Source: Prolixibacteraceae bacterium (GTDB lineage: Bacteria > Bacteroidota > Bacteroidia > Bacteroidales > Prolixibacteraceae). Taken from it: a stretch of DNA of 64,000 bases. Every line of letters begins with the position of its first letter. Position 1 is the stretch's first letter. Location of the stretch: assembly GCA_003516705.1 (NCBI GenBank), contig DPCJ01000116.1, forward strand, positions 45,781-109,780, read 5' to 3'. This document shows positions 19,825 through 30,057 of this stretch, piece after piece. The position numbers and the translations under genes are program-made. Below the pieces are notes generated by a model that saw only the letters and a list, made by a program, of their open reading frames with translations, did not search any database and was not told the origin of the DNA.

Positions 19825-22371
19825 TTAATGTTGCCAAAGTATAAGTGATGTTTCCAACGGAACCGAAACGTCGGGGAGGTTTGGTATTACCCTCGGCGTG
19901 AAATCTAATTCAGGACGTGCAGAATTTACAACAGCCTGATAATGATGACCAATGGCCAGACTTTCCGTTTTCTTAAGCCGTTCCATCTTTATAATAACCG
20001 GATTTTGTCCATTCAATCCATCTGCAAAAAGTTCGACCTGCAATGTGTCGGGGTCAAGAAAGATAAGATAAACGTGTACGTCGAAAATATGCTGGTTTTC
20101 GATGGTGGTAACTTTAACCTCTCCAAACTGTATGGAATTCCATTTGCTTTTAAGGATATTCAACTGTTCTTCAATTTGTTTGCCCCGCAAACCATTGTTG
20201 GCAGCACGTTCAATATATGCTTTTGAAGCCGGTAAATAGTGCTGTTCAGTATATTCCCTTACCGTTCTGTCGGCTGAGAACCGCGGTGTTAATTGTGCCA
20301 TGCTTTCACGCATTCGTGATATCCAGGCAACAGGAATTCCATTTTCATTGCGGGAATAAAATTCAGGAACAATTTCATTTTCGAGTATATTATACAGTTG
20401 TTCAGCTTCAATTGCATCCCATTCAGGGTTATCGCCATGTTCGTTGCCATCTCCCAGCGCCCAACCTACTTCGGGTGTATAAGCTTCGGCCCACCATCCA
20501 TCGAGTTCCGAAAGATTAATACCGCCATTTACTAATACTTTCATGCCACTGGTTCCGCTGGCTTCCCACGGACGGCGCGGTGTATTCATCCAGACATCAA
20601 CTCCCTGCACAAGATTTTCGGAGATGTTCATATCGTAATCGCTGAGGAAAATAACCGGAGGATGCAGTGCATTCCGGCGTATAAATTCCATCCATTCCTT
20701 AATCAAATCCATTCCACCCTTATCAGCAGGATGGGCTTTCCCTGCAATAATAAGCTGAACAGGAAACTTCGGATTTGTTAACAAACGTAGTAGTCGTTCG
20801 GGGTCGTGCAGCAATAAATTAGGTCTTTTATAGGTAGCGAAACGCCTGGCAAAACCCAGCGTTAAAATGTTTGGATCAAACAGATGTTTTGCCTGTTCAA
20901 TGGTATAAGAAGAAAATCCGGAGCCAAGTAATTGCCTTGCAAAATGCTGACGTGCAAATTCAATGAGCGTTTTGTTGGCATTGGTGCGCATCTCCCAAAG
21001 TCTTTCGTCAGAAACCTTGCGGATATCCTGTTCAAGGGTTTTATTCATGCCCAGCCAACGATTTTTACCACAGGCTTCCGACCAGATTTCATCGGCTTCT
21101 TTTGAATCCCATGTTGGCATGTGCACACCATTGGTGACGTAGCTCACTGGTACTTCAGGTGTTGGCCAATTCGGAAATAAGGGTTCAAAAATAGAACGGC
21201 TGACTTCACCGTGCAGTTTACTGACACCATTTACTGCTCTGCTTCCCCGAATGGCTAAGTATGCCATGTTAAATTTTTCAGCATCATCGTCAGGATTTTT
21301 ACGGCCTAATCCCAACAGTTGCTGACGCGTAATACCGAGTTTTTGTTCAGCGTATTCGCCAAGGTATTGTTCTATAAGTGTTGATTCGAAAAGATCGAAT
21401 CCGGCCGGCACCGCAGTGTGTGTGGTAAACAGATTCCCCGCTCTTGTAACAGCCAGTGCAACATCAAAAGGTTGCCCGGTTTTCTGCATAAAACTATATG
21501 CACGCTCCAAAATGGCAAAAGCAGCATGACCTTCGTTAAGGTGACAAACTTCAGGATGAATATCCAATGCCTGAAGTAAACGCCAGCCGCCAATTCCGAG
21601 AATCAATTCCTGTTTGAACCTAATCTCAGAATCACCACCATATAATTCACCTGTTATTCCGCGGTGAACCGGAAAATTGGCCGCATCATTACTGTCGAGC
21701 AGATAAAGTTTTATCCGCCCCACCTGAACCTGCCAAACACGCAGCCACACAGGATATCCTGGCAGTTCAATCTTTAAACGCAACCACTCGCCGTTGGGCT
21801 GTCGCAAGGGTTTAACGGGCAATTGTCCGGGGTCGTTAAACGGATAAAGGGCATGTTGCACACCATCGATGTCAATCTCCTGGCGAAAATAACCTTGCTG
21901 ATATAACAGCCCGATCCCCACCACCGGAACGCCCAAATCGCTTGCGGTTTTAAGTTGATCTCCGGCTACATTGCCCAATCCACCCGAATAAATGGGAAGC
22001 GCCTCACTCAACATGAATTCCATGCAAAAATAGGCTACACAGGTAAGCGAAGAATCAGGATGTAGCTTTTGAAACCACGCCGGCGCTGCATTTGTTTCTT
22101 CCATCGATTTTAAAAGAAAATCAATCTTTTCACGAAATAAGGGATCATTGATAACCGATTGAAAACGATCGCGTGAAACGGTTTGCAAAACCACCCATGG
22201 ATTATGCGTATTATTCCAAAGCACCGGATCGAGTTGTTGCCAGATTTCATCGGCAGAGTGATCCCACGACCATCGGAGGTCGAGTGCAAGCGCTGAAAGT
22301 TTACCAACCTCTTTTTGGTCTTCAGGCAAACTACTGTAAACAGGTTTTTTTATTTCAGTTTTTCCCCTCAT
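19825..22371 (-). CDS. glgP: Alpha-glucan phosphorylase
   Basis: YSGGLG, HLNEGH, RRFATYKR, EASGTSGMK. Confidence 0.94.
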   Translation of the reverse strand: MRGKTEIKKPVYSSLPEDQKEVGKLSALALDLRWSWDHSADEIWQQLDPVLWNNTHNPWVVLQTVSRDRFQSVINDPLFREKIDFLLKSMEETNAAPAWFQKLHPDSSLTCVAYFCMEFMLSEALPIYSGGLGNVAGDQLKTASDLGVPVVGIGLLYQQGYFRQEIDIDGVQHALYPFNDPGQLPVKPLRQPNGEWLRLKIELPGYPVWLRVWQVQVGRIKLYLLDSNDAANFPVHRGITGELYGGDSEIRFKQELILGIGGWRLLQALDIHPEVCHLNEGHAAFAILERAYSFMQKTGQPFDVALAVTRAGNLFTTHTAVPAGFDLFESTLIEQYLGEYAEQKLGITRQQLLGLGRKNPDDDAEKFNMAYLAIRGSRAVNGVSKLHGEVSRSIFEPLFPNWPTPEVPVSYVTNGVHMPTWDSKEADEIWSEACGKNRWLGMNKTLEQDIRKVSDERLWEMRTNANKTLIEFARQHFARQLLGSGFSSYTIEQAKHLFDPNILTLGFARRFATYKRPNLLLHDPERLLRLLTNPKFPVQLIIAGKAHPADKGGMDLIKEWMEFIRRNALHPPVIFLSDYDMNISENLVQGVDVWMNTPRRPWEASGTSGMKVLVNGGINLSELDGWWAEAYTPEVGWALGDGNEHGDNPEWDAIEAEQLYNILENEIVPEFYSRNENGIPVAWISRMRESMAQLTPRFSADRTVREYTEQHYLPASKAYIERAANNGLRGKQIEEQLNILKSKWNSIQFGEVKVTTIENQHIFDVHVYLIFLDPDTLQVELFADGLNGQNPVIIKMERLKKTESLAIGHHYQAVVNSARPELDFTPRVIPNLPDVSVPLETSLILWQH

Positions 22372-22482
22372 TATTTTTAAATATTTATTCCCAAAAATTT
22401 GGGTTCAGGAAAAATCAGCGTTCCTGTTTCATTATTTACCGTTCAATACTGTATAAATTTAATTCAAGTGAATACCTGATTC

Positions 22483-22520
22483 ATTACAAAATTTTTGTGT
22501 GTTTTTACATCATTCACACA
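22483..22520 (-). promoter_or_regulatory. Island regulon site 5 (glgP-tal-xfp operon)
   Basis: ATTACA-N16-TTACATCATTCACACA; TAAATTTA on - strand at 22454-22461. Confidence 0.88.
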
Positions 22521-22602
22521 TTTTGATAAAGACTTGCGGGTTGAATGGAATAAGAGAAGGGGCACTGAGAATTCATTGGATTGTCCAGTTTAAAAATCAC
22601 CT

Positions 22603-23775
22603 TTATTCTTTTCGCATTACATCGAAAAAAGGAGTGCTTTTAATTTCAACACATTTTGCGGCATACAGGTACATTGCAGCACTCCAGGTTTGCCAATCCT
22701 GTCCCATGGGTTTGCCATCCTGTGCCTTTATCCATTCGTTAAATCCAAATTCAAGATTTTCGGTATTGGTGATTTTGATACACTGCGTAAGTGCAACCAG
22801 TTTTTCTTCGGCTAATTTGAAGCGTTCTGCAGCAACCAGTGCTGCCACATAAAACCCGCCAATAAATGGCCATATGCCGCCATTGTGATATTCGCCGGGA
22901 TTATTGAATTGCGCATAGCGTTCATACCAATCCGGATCACCGGGTTTTACATAAGGGAAAAAGTTGGGTGGTAAATCAACCGACAATTCGCCACTTTTCC
23001 GCATTTCATCACACTCTTCTTCAATCCACGACACCATTTCATCGGCTCTTGAAGGCGATGCAATTCCTGATAAAATTGCCAGGCAATTTCCAAGCAAATC
23101 GAAACGCTCGCTGCTGTAAATTTTATATGACCAGAAAGCATAATAGGGTTTGTGTTTTACCACAAGACCTTCGTGCACATGGTTGTGCATTGTGCCTTTT
23201 GTAACTGTAAAACGGCCCATCTCACGTTGTAATGCGTCTGCCTTTTCATCTTTTTTTAAAAACCGGAGATAGCTGTAAACCAATGTATTTACATACAATC
23301 CGTAGCCGGTAACCCATTGTTCGTCGCGCCAGTCGCTGGTGGGTTGCTGTGCAACCAGGTGGCGGTCTGAAGGACTCTGGTATTCCATCCAGATCAATGC
23401 TTTTTCAACAGCTGTATAAAGGAAAAATTCTTCGCCCGAAACAATTCTGAAAATCCCTGTAGCCAGTAAAAAGAGTGGGGTAGTGTCGCTTGCTCCCCGG
23501 TCGTCGGCATCGTGCACCAGCGAAGGAATATGACCGTGTTCTGTCTGGTTTTTTGCGAGTGTTTCCAGTACATTCCGAATGCTTCCCAGCAATTTTTCAT
23601 TCCCCGAAACTGCAATGCCCAAAAAGGAAATCATTAAATCCCGGGTGTACGGTTCAGGATATCCCCAGCCGGCGGTGCGTGGAAGCCCTTGAAAAGGTCC
23701 ATGTGAATTGTGAAGCAGCACCCCGAGTGCCGCTTTTTTTGCAGCTACAATTTCGTTATAATTTTCTGTATTCAT
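22603..23775 (-). CDS. (alpha/alpha)6 glycoside hydrolase (GH100-like / amylo-alpha-1,6-glucosidase-like)
   Basis: YTRD, DTTPLF, DWRD, YHNGGIWP, FNEW, QTWSAA motifs. Confidence 0.72.
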   Translation of the reverse strand: MNTENYNEIVAAKKAALGVLLHNSHGPFQGLPRTAGWGYPEPYTRDLMISFLGIAVSGNEKLLGSIRNVLETLAKNQTEHGHIPSLVHDADDRGASDTTPLFLLATGIFRIVSGEEFFLYTAVEKALIWMEYQSPSDRHLVAQQPTSDWRDEQWVTGYGLYVNTLVYSYLRFLKKDEKADALQREMGRFTVTKGTMHNHVHEGLVVKHKPYYAFWSYKIYSSERFDLLGNCLAILSGIASPSRADEMVSWIEEECDEMRKSGELSVDLPPNFFPYVKPGDPDWYERYAQFNNPGEYHNGGIWPFIGGFYVAALVAAERFKLAEEKLVALTQCIKITNTENLEFGFNEWIKAQDGKPMGQDWQTWSAAMYLYAAKCVEIKSTPFFDVMRKE

Positions 23776-23792
23776 GAGCTTGTTTTAAAATA

Positions 23793-23870
23793 GTCGGAAG
23801 ACCGAAGTCAGTAAAATGAGACACAAAACTTCCGTCTTCCTTCTTCGGACTCCGGGGGCTCCCGACTTCA
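23793..23870. repeat. Degenerate heptamer (CTTCCGN-like) intergenic repeats
   Basis: CTTCCGT CTTCCTT CTTCGGA CTCCGGG..CTCCCGA, with complementary GTCGGAAG/CCGAAG upstream. Confidence 0.45.
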
Positions 23871-23874
23871 TTCT

Positions 23875-25017
23875 TTATTTTATCCCCAGCTTATCCTGTA
23901 TAATTTGTACAAACCGTTTTGCCACAACCCGGTAATCGAAATTTGCCACAACACGTTCGCGGCCGGCTTTACCCATTTTGTCGCGCAGTTCAGCATCATT
24001 CATCAGCGTTAACATGTATTTTGCAATATCCTGTACATTTGCACGGTAATCAACAGTTCGCGGTACTTTAAATTTCACCTTGTGTTTATCTTCAAAACCT
24101 GATTCTTCACCAAGCATGACTTCATTTATCACAATTTTCTTTGCAACTCCGGCTAAAAATGCCGTTTCGCCCTGAACAAGCGTATCGAGCATTCCCATTG
24201 CATTAATACTTATCACAGGTTTACCGCAGGCGCCGGCTTCCACCTGTGGCATTCCAAAACCCTCTAATCGCGATGGCGCTGCATAGATATCGCAGGCACC
24301 AAACAAGTAGGGCATAAAAGCGCGTGAAATTTTATTGGTGGTATAAACCACATTTTTTTCAATACCCAGATGTGTCGCCATTTCGAGATCGAGCAAATTT
24401 TGTGCTTTGGTGCGGGGTTGCGGCCATACTTTACATACATATTTCCAATCGGGCGCTTTTGTGTCGATGATGGCCAGCGCCTGCATTACTTCCTGCGCAC
24501 CTTTAGATGCTGCATCGCCTCCGACAGTTAAAATCATTAACTGATCGGGCGAAATACCCAGCGCTTCGCGTACGGCTAAAATTTTAGGATCGTTTTTCGG
24601 GTACGGAATAAACGAATCCGTGTCGCATCCAACAGGCAAAACTTCAATTTTATCGCCGTCAATTCCATCGCGAACATACATTTCCTTTACCCAGTTTGAT
24701 GTTACCAGAATCAGTGGCAATTCATTTAAAACTTCCTGGTAGTTGGCAATATAACCATCGGCAACGAGCCAGGGAACAGGCTGCACACCATAACGCTGCG
24801 GGTGAAGTACAAGTTGTGGCGTGTGCCCCCAGTAACCCACACCCACAACAACGTCGGGCTCAAACCACCTGTAATACCACTCTTTTTCCTGTGCCGATTC
24901 GTAATGAACCGCATGTGCGTCAACACCCAATTCAAGAAGTCCCCTGTATAAAAGATCTCCCTGTGTTGCAAGTCCTCCGGGAGAAGGCGGATAATCGTAT
25001 AATACTAATACTTTCAT
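23875..25017 (-). CDS. Glycosyltransferase family 4
   Basis: PSRLEGFGMPQVEAGACGKPVI motif. Confidence 0.88.
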   Translation of the reverse strand: MKVLVLYDYPPSPGGLATQGDLLYRGLLELGVDAHAVHYESAQEKEWYYRWFEPDVVVGVGYWGHTPQLVLHPQRYGVQPVPWLVADGYIANYQEVLNELPLILVTSNWVKEMYVRDGIDGDKIEVLPVGCDTDSFIPYPKNDPKILAVREALGISPDQLMILTVGGDAASKGAQEVMQALAIIDTKAPDWKYVCKVWPQPRTKAQNLLDLEMATHLGIEKNVVYTTNKISRAFMPYLFGACDIYAAPSRLEGFGMPQVEAGACGKPVISINAMGMLDTLVQGETAFLAGVAKKIVINEVMLGEESGFEDKHKVKFKVPRTVDYRANVQDIAKYMLTLMNDAELRDKMGKAGRERVVANFDYRVVAKRFVQIIQDKLGIK

Positions 25018-25027
25018 TCGTAAATTA

Positions 25028-25684
25028 TTATTTATCGTTTTTGATTTGATTCAGCCATTTTTTTGCAATAAACGGATGTGTGAAATGCCAGAAGGCTTCT
25101 ATCAGAGGCGAGGTTTTTGCTTCCCAGCTTTCTTTATCATATCCGTATGTTTTTGTAATAATGCTGAATTTTTTCTGCCACGTTCGCTTTGTCAACGGCT
25201 GGTAAATTGCCGCGTTTTGCATGGCCTTTGGATAATATGTTTTATGACCGTCTTCGTATGCAAACAACCTGATTTCGCTGGTCAGTATTTTATCTGAATT
25301 CCAAAGGTTTATAACCGCTTTGCCAACCTCTTCATGCCTGATGTGCCTGGTATATTCGCCCGACGGATTGTGCGTTATTATCAGGTCGAAATGTTTCGAA
25401 GGTAACAAACTCAAAATAGCCTCCTCAACTTCTTCTATCTTCAACGGAACCTGCTCTGTTCCATCGTCCAGGTCGCCCATAATTCCTTCTGATTTCAGCA
25501 TTTTCAATGCTTCAAAAAACCGTGGTGCACGGTCGGGATCGTTTTTTCTGCAGAGCGAGACAATAAAGCAATTCCACGTCGGATGGCTCAGAATTGTTCC
25601 ACCCGCCCACAATGTTTCATCATCGGGGTGGGCTACAATTACTGCAACAGTTTTTGATTGACTTTCAGCCATCACATTATTCAT
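25028..25684 (-). CDS. PIG-L family deacetylase
   Basis: AHPDDE; THNPSGEYTRHIRH. Confidence 0.82.
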   Translation of the reverse strand: MNNVMAESQSKTVAVIVAHPDDETLWAGGTILSHPTWNCFIVSLCRKNDPDRAPRFFEALKMLKSEGIMGDLDDGTEQVPLKIEEVEEAILSLLPSKHFDLIITHNPSGEYTRHIRHEEVGKAVINLWNSDKILTSEIRLFAYEDGHKTYYPKAMQNAAIYQPLTKRTWQKKFSIITKTYGYDKESWEAKTSPLIEAFWHFTHPFIAKKWLNQIKNDK

Positions 25685-25690
25685 TACCTT

Positions 25691-26077
25691 TTAAATTTCC
25701 ACTTCAAAATACTTTCTTACAAAGGCTTCCTGCTGATTATTCGTCATTTTATCGGCAGATTGAATATCGATTTTTATGCTGTCGAAATGAACATCTTGTT
25801 TTAACTGGTTGAACAACTCTGTTTTTGCGTGTGTTGGGCCGTATAGCAACACTTCATCGTAATTTTTAATTACGTCGCTAATTTTTTTGTAGAAATCGGA
25901 AAGATGATTTTGCTCTTTATTATTTATCAGGCTTTCGTTCAACCTAAGGTTTTCTAATGGTCCAAGAAATGCAGGCGCAATTTTCAACGTTTTTTTTATC
26001 ACTTTTTTGTTCGAGAATTCTATTAATTCAGCAACTGAATGGTCCATCCAGATGCCTAATTGTTTTATTGATTTCAT
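25691..26077 (-). CDS. Small eRF1-related / host-attachment-like protein
   Basis: GIWMDH start, VLLYGPTHAKTEL, ADKMTNNQ. Confidence 0.55.
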   Translation of the reverse strand: MKSIKQLGIWMDHSVAELIEFSNKKVIKKTLKIAPAFLGPLENLRLNESLINNKEQNHLSDFYKKISDVIKNYDEVLLYGPTHAKTELFNQLKQDVHFDSIKIDIQSADKMTNNQQEAFVRKYFEVEI

Positions 26078-26131
26078 TTTAAATTGATTTAATGTTTGAT
26101 GACTTATAGAGAATATTAGTGTAAAAGCGGA

Positions 26132-26674
26132 TTATGATTTTACCACAAAGGTACCAGCAATTAAATCGTGCCAACCCTGTTTTTTTGTATCGGTTGAAAT
26201 GTACCATATTCCAAGCCCGACAGGGGCGATTGAGATAAATACTGCGAGGCTTCTGAAAAATGATCTGGTTATGCCCATCCTGTTTCCGTACAAATCAATA
26301 ATTTTCAGTTTTAACATCCTTTTTCCCAAAGTTGCCTGTAAGGCTGAACTGTCGAAAGTAGCTTGATAAAAAATCCAGATTGCAGCTAACATGAATAATC
26401 TGAAGCTGTTATAGTCTGCACTGCTGAAATTAAATGAAAAGAATATTATCTCCGGAATCAGCATCAGACTTGTAATGATTGCCAGGTCGATTAATGTTGC
26501 CAATGTCCGGATTCCCAACCCGGCATAAGTCAATTTTAATTCTGGTGCATGTACCGATTTGAATCTGAATCTTTCAATCATCGAAATGCGCTTCGACTTA
26601 ACAAGTCCTAAAACATCGCGTTCATTCACATAATCGGGGAGTGGATTGGATTTTGAAAAGTTGTCTGTTTTCAT
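26132..26674 (-). CDS. RDD family protein
   Basis: YAGLGIRTLATLID, QATLGKR, WHDLIAGTFVV. Confidence 0.85.
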   Translation of the reverse strand: MKTDNFSKSNPLPDYVNERDVLGLVKSKRISMIERFRFKSVHAPELKLTYAGLGIRTLATLIDLAIITSLMLIPEIIFFSFNFSSADYNSFRLFMLAAIWIFYQATFDSSALQATLGKRMLKLKIIDLYGNRMGITRSFFRSLAVFISIAPVGLGIWYISTDTKKQGWHDLIAGTFVVKS

Positions 26675-27150
26675 CACCTGCTGGCATTTTCTTTTGTGGG
26701 AATAATCAGTACCGGGCATTTTGCATCAGTCAATATTTTTTTTGTAATACTGTCAGGCATTTTTCTATTCAATTCATTGCGACTGTGCGAGCCCATTATG
26801 ACTAAATCGGCCTTTATTTCTAATGCAGATTCTAAAATAGCCGTAGCACAGTCGCCTTCTTTTACAAGAGTTTGAATACTATTGTCGTTGAGATGAAGTT
26901 TTGATTTATTCAGAAATTTGAGTGATAATGCTTTTAACTCCGGCGTATCTTTTGGTATTTCTTCGCCAATTTCTGTTAAGCCTGAAAATCCCATGACGGT
27001 GACGTGCTGTACCAACGTATAATAAACAGGGTCTGTTACAACATGCAGTAAGGTAATTTCAGCACCTAAAACTTTGGCAAGTGAATAACCTTCTTCTGCT
27101 ACTTTTTGGGCACTGACATCATAATCCAGCGCAATCAGTACTTTCTTCAT
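26674..27150 (-). CDS. Universal stress protein
   Basis: KVLIALD, LLHV, DLVIMGSH, CPVLII. Confidence 0.9.
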   Translation of the reverse strand: MKKVLIALDYDVSAQKVAEEGYSLAKVLGAEITLLHVVTDPVYYTLVQHVTVMGFSGLTEIGEEIPKDTPELKALSLKFLNKSKLHLNDNSIQTLVKEGDCATAILESALEIKADLVIMGSHSRNELNRKMPDSITKKILTDAKCPVLIIPTKENASR

Positions 27151-27179
27151 TTTGTTGTTGTTCTGTTTCAGAACGTTAG

Positions 27180-27365
27180 TTAAAGCGATTTTAAAATTTC
27201 AGAAAATTCTTTTTTCGATATTACCAGTTTTGTAGCTATCGAACTATACAGAATATCTGTTGATTCGTGTCTCCAAATCAAGTCAGCATCAGTTAATTGC
27301 GGGTATAAAACTTTTAATTTATGTTTAACATTTTCCCAATGTGCCAAATCGAGATTTGCTTTCAT
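27180..27365 (-). CDS. CsbD-like small protein
   Basis: WENVKHKLKVLYPQLTDADL resembles the CsbD W..KGKLK...LTDDDL pattern. Confidence 0.6.
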   Translation of the reverse strand: MKANLDLAHWENVKHKLKVLYPQLTDADLIWRHESTDILYSSIATKLVISKKEFSEILKSL

Positions 27366-27367
27366 TT

Positions 27368-27868
27368 TTAAAGTTTAAATGTCAATCCAATTTTGCCTCC
27401 TGAAAAGGCATTGCCACCGCCAAACTCAAGGTTAATACCTGCCCTGTTACTAAAAAAGTACCTGCCACCAATCTGGGCGCCAAGTCCAAGACCCGATGTA
27501 TGTGTTCCTTCGTAATCGTTAGGGGAATTCCAGCTGTAAAAACCGATATTTAATCCGGCATAAAAATCCCAGTTGGATGGAATATCTAAAACTGAGTTGA
27601 AATGGTAATTCGCATTTCCCAAGATTCCGATTACAGAATGTCTGTAATCATGGTCGTGCCAGTTGTCGTTGTATCCGCGATAGGATAATTCGGCTCCCAG
27701 CGATATATCGGGGTGAACTCCATAATCAAAACCCAGATAAACAGGAATGCCCCAGCTTGAAAATCCTACCCCGGCATTTATTTGCGATTTGCCTTTGGGT
27801 AGCGGACTCTGTGCAAAAATTGCAATTGTGGCAAAACCCAGGATAATTGTTAAAATCTGCTTTTTCAT
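27368..27868 (-). CDS. Outer-membrane beta-barrel protein
   Basis: Signal peptide from MKKQIL, amphipathic strands, C-terminal GLTFKL. Confidence 0.8.
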   Translation of the reverse strand: MKKQILTIILGFATIAIFAQSPLPKGKSQINAGVGFSSWGIPVYLGFDYGVHPDISLGAELSYRGYNDNWHDHDYRHSVIGILGNANYHFNSVLDIPSNWDFYAGLNIGFYSWNSPNDYEGTHTSGLGLGAQIGGRYFFSNRAGINLEFGGGNAFSGGKIGLTFKL

Positions 27869-27948
27869 TTTTAAATAATTTAAGTTTATTAATGTTGCTG
27901 AAAATCTTATCATGTCGGCTAAATGTACCGTGAAATAATGGCTGAATT

Positions 27949-27986
27949 GTTACACAATTCGCCCTAATAGTTACATCATTCACACA
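27949..27986 (-). promoter_or_regulatory. Island regulon site 6
   Basis: GTTACA-N16-TTACATCATTCACACA; TACATTTA on - strand at 27920-27927. Confidence 0.88.
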
Positions 27987-27999
27987 TATTGTCTGAAAA

Positions 28000-28031
28000 A
28001 AAACAGAGGTCATTTTTATGCCCTCTGTTTT
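28000..28031 (-). terminator. Intrinsic terminator after ompA-like gene
   Basis: AAAACAGAGGTCAT/ATGCCCTCTGTTTT hairpin with flanking A tract. Confidence 0.7.
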
Positions 28032-28051
28032 AAAAAAATCAGAAAATGAAC

Positions 28052-29839
28052 TTATTTGGCCGGGACGATATCGATTACAACAGAGCGGTTGTAAAAACGG
28101 CCTTCAGGTAATTTGTTATCAAATTCTGCAACATCAAGATTTTCTCCATAACCTTGAACATTAAACTTTACATCGCTTCTTCCTGCTTTTGTTAAAGCAT
28201 TTTCGATAATACTTTTTACATTATCAGCCCGTTGTTGCGATAAATTAAGGTTATAATCCTCTTCTCCAATTACATCAGTATGACCATGAATTATCACTGT
28301 TCCACCCTTCGGAATCTTTGGTGCCACCGTTTCTGCAAGATATTTTTCGTATAATGGTTTGACTTCCGATTCGTTGAATTCGTAATTCACACTGTATCGC
28401 ATTCCTTCCTCGTTTTGCTGCGGAGTCCAGAGTACCATTTTTACATTTGAGTTCTTTTTAAGCGTATTTCCATTTTTTGTTTTACCAATCATGGTTGCTT
28501 TGTAGTCTCCGGTTTTACGTGTACCAAGAATTGATTTTCCGGGAATTGTTATCAGTTCCTTTGTGTATGGACCAAAACTCTGCACTTTCCCGTTTTCATC
28601 GGCTATCTCTAACGTCCATGAGTTGAGTGCTGTATCGGCACCATCAACATTAAATGAAACATAACTGTCGATTGGCGCTTCCTGTACTGTATTTATGATT
28701 ACCGGTTTCAGCGGAGTTTCTTCTCCACTTTCGAACTCCATTAAAATTGCAGGTGATTCGCTCCAGATTGAAACCCTGCGATCTCCTTCACGAAGAAGTG
28801 CAAGTTCGAGCTGACCACCTGGTTGTTCCGATGGAATTCTGGGTTTTAGGCGACCTTCGGTAGTTATTCTTGACTCAGCAATATCAAAGATTTTTACAAG
28901 GTATTCTTTTACTGATGCTGCCATTAATTTCCCTTCGTCGTTTCCTTCAGGCGATGCACCGGTTAACCTTACCTGGGCTGAAGGATTTTCCTGCATCCTG
29001 TCGCCAAGAATATTCAGAACATTATAATATACAATCATTTGCCGATCTGAACGACCTGAAAGATTTTTGGGTTTAAATACTTCCAGTTGATCTTCCTTGA
29101 AATTATCGACTTCATTTTTTTGCAGCAACACATAACGATCGGGGATAGTAGTTGATTTTTCATCAAAAAACACATAGTTCGACAAAGGGAAAGTTTCAGT
29201 TACACGTCGGTCGGCAGCTATATTTTCCGGAGATATTACAGTGAATGTAACGTCGGGGGGCGTAGTTTCAACAAGTTTAGGTACAACAACAGCTACAGGA
29301 ACTACTTCAACTTCTGTAACCTTTGATTTGCCAAAAGCGATTTCAATTCCAATTGTAGCTTTCATAAAGTTATCGCGACCGGTAACTGCATATTCAGTAA
29401 ACTCTAACCCATGAATATAACCGAAATCTAATTTTAACGCTGCAGCTTTGCTGATATAGTATTTGGCACCAAGACCTGCATTGAAATTTAACCCTGAAAT
29501 CCTGTTATCGGCTAAAAAACCTGGTCCGGCATAAAGATATGGGCAGAATTTGCTGCCTTCGGGCGAAAGTTTTAACCTTAAATCGAGAAATGCATTGGCT
29601 AAATCGACTTTGTTAACCAATGCCGAATTGTATAATCCCAAATCGCCTTTGAGCATTATATCAAAATGCGACCCCAGGTACCTGCTTAAATAAAGTTCAG
29701 GCATAAAACCAATACTGCTGTTGTTTAGATTGGCGTAACCTCCCAAACCAAGGCCGAGACCCCATTTTTTATCAAGTGTTTGCGATTCTGCGCTTCCCGC
29801 AAAAATCAACATTGATGCGAGTAAAAGTAAAGTTTTCAT
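28052..29839 (-). CDS. Beta-barrel + OmpA-like domain protein
   Basis: Signal peptide, N-terminal barrel, C-terminal HGHTD..NLNLSQQRA..NRSV. Confidence 0.85.
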   Translation of the reverse strand: MKTLLLLASMLIFAGSAESQTLDKKWGLGLGLGGYANLNNSSIGFMPELYLSRYLGSHFDIMLKGDLGLYNSALVNKVDLANAFLDLRLKLSPEGSKFCPYLYAGPGFLADNRISGLNFNAGLGAKYYISKAAALKLDFGYIHGLEFTEYAVTGRDNFMKATIGIEIAFGKSKVTEVEVVPVAVVVPKLVETTPPDVTFTVISPENIAADRRVTETFPLSNYVFFDEKSTTIPDRYVLLQKNEVDNFKEDQLEVFKPKNLSGRSDRQMIVYYNVLNILGDRMQENPSAQVRLTGASPEGNDEGKLMAASVKEYLVKIFDIAESRITTEGRLKPRIPSEQPGGQLELALLREGDRRVSIWSESPAILMEFESGEETPLKPVIINTVQEAPIDSYVSFNVDGADTALNSWTLEIADENGKVQSFGPYTKELITIPGKSILGTRKTGDYKATMIGKTKNGNTLKKNSNVKMVLWTPQQNEEGMRYSVNYEFNESEVKPLYEKYLAETVAPKIPKGGTVIIHGHTDVIGEEDYNLNLSQQRADNVKSIIENALTKAGRSDVKFNVQGYGENLDVAEFDNKLPEGRFYNRSVVIDIVPAK

Positions 29840-29959
29840 GATTTCCTTTTTTTAAATTATTGAATTGGGTTTCTTAATCATCGTTGAACCCATCACGGCG
29901 ATGTTTCATAATGTAAGAATTTATCCGGCTCAAAGGTGATGTGATTCAAAAGGGAAATC

Positions 29960-29997
29960 GTTACAGAATTAAAGTAAAGAGTTACATCATTCACACA
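29960..29997 (-). promoter_or_regulatory. Island regulon site 7
   Basis: GTTACA-N16-TTACATCATTCACACA; CACCTTTG on - strand at 29931-29938. Confidence 0.88.
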
Positions 29998-30057
29998 TTC
30001 AGGGTGAAGAAAATTAAAAATTAGCAAACAAAAATCTTTGGTGTCCGGTTAATTTTG

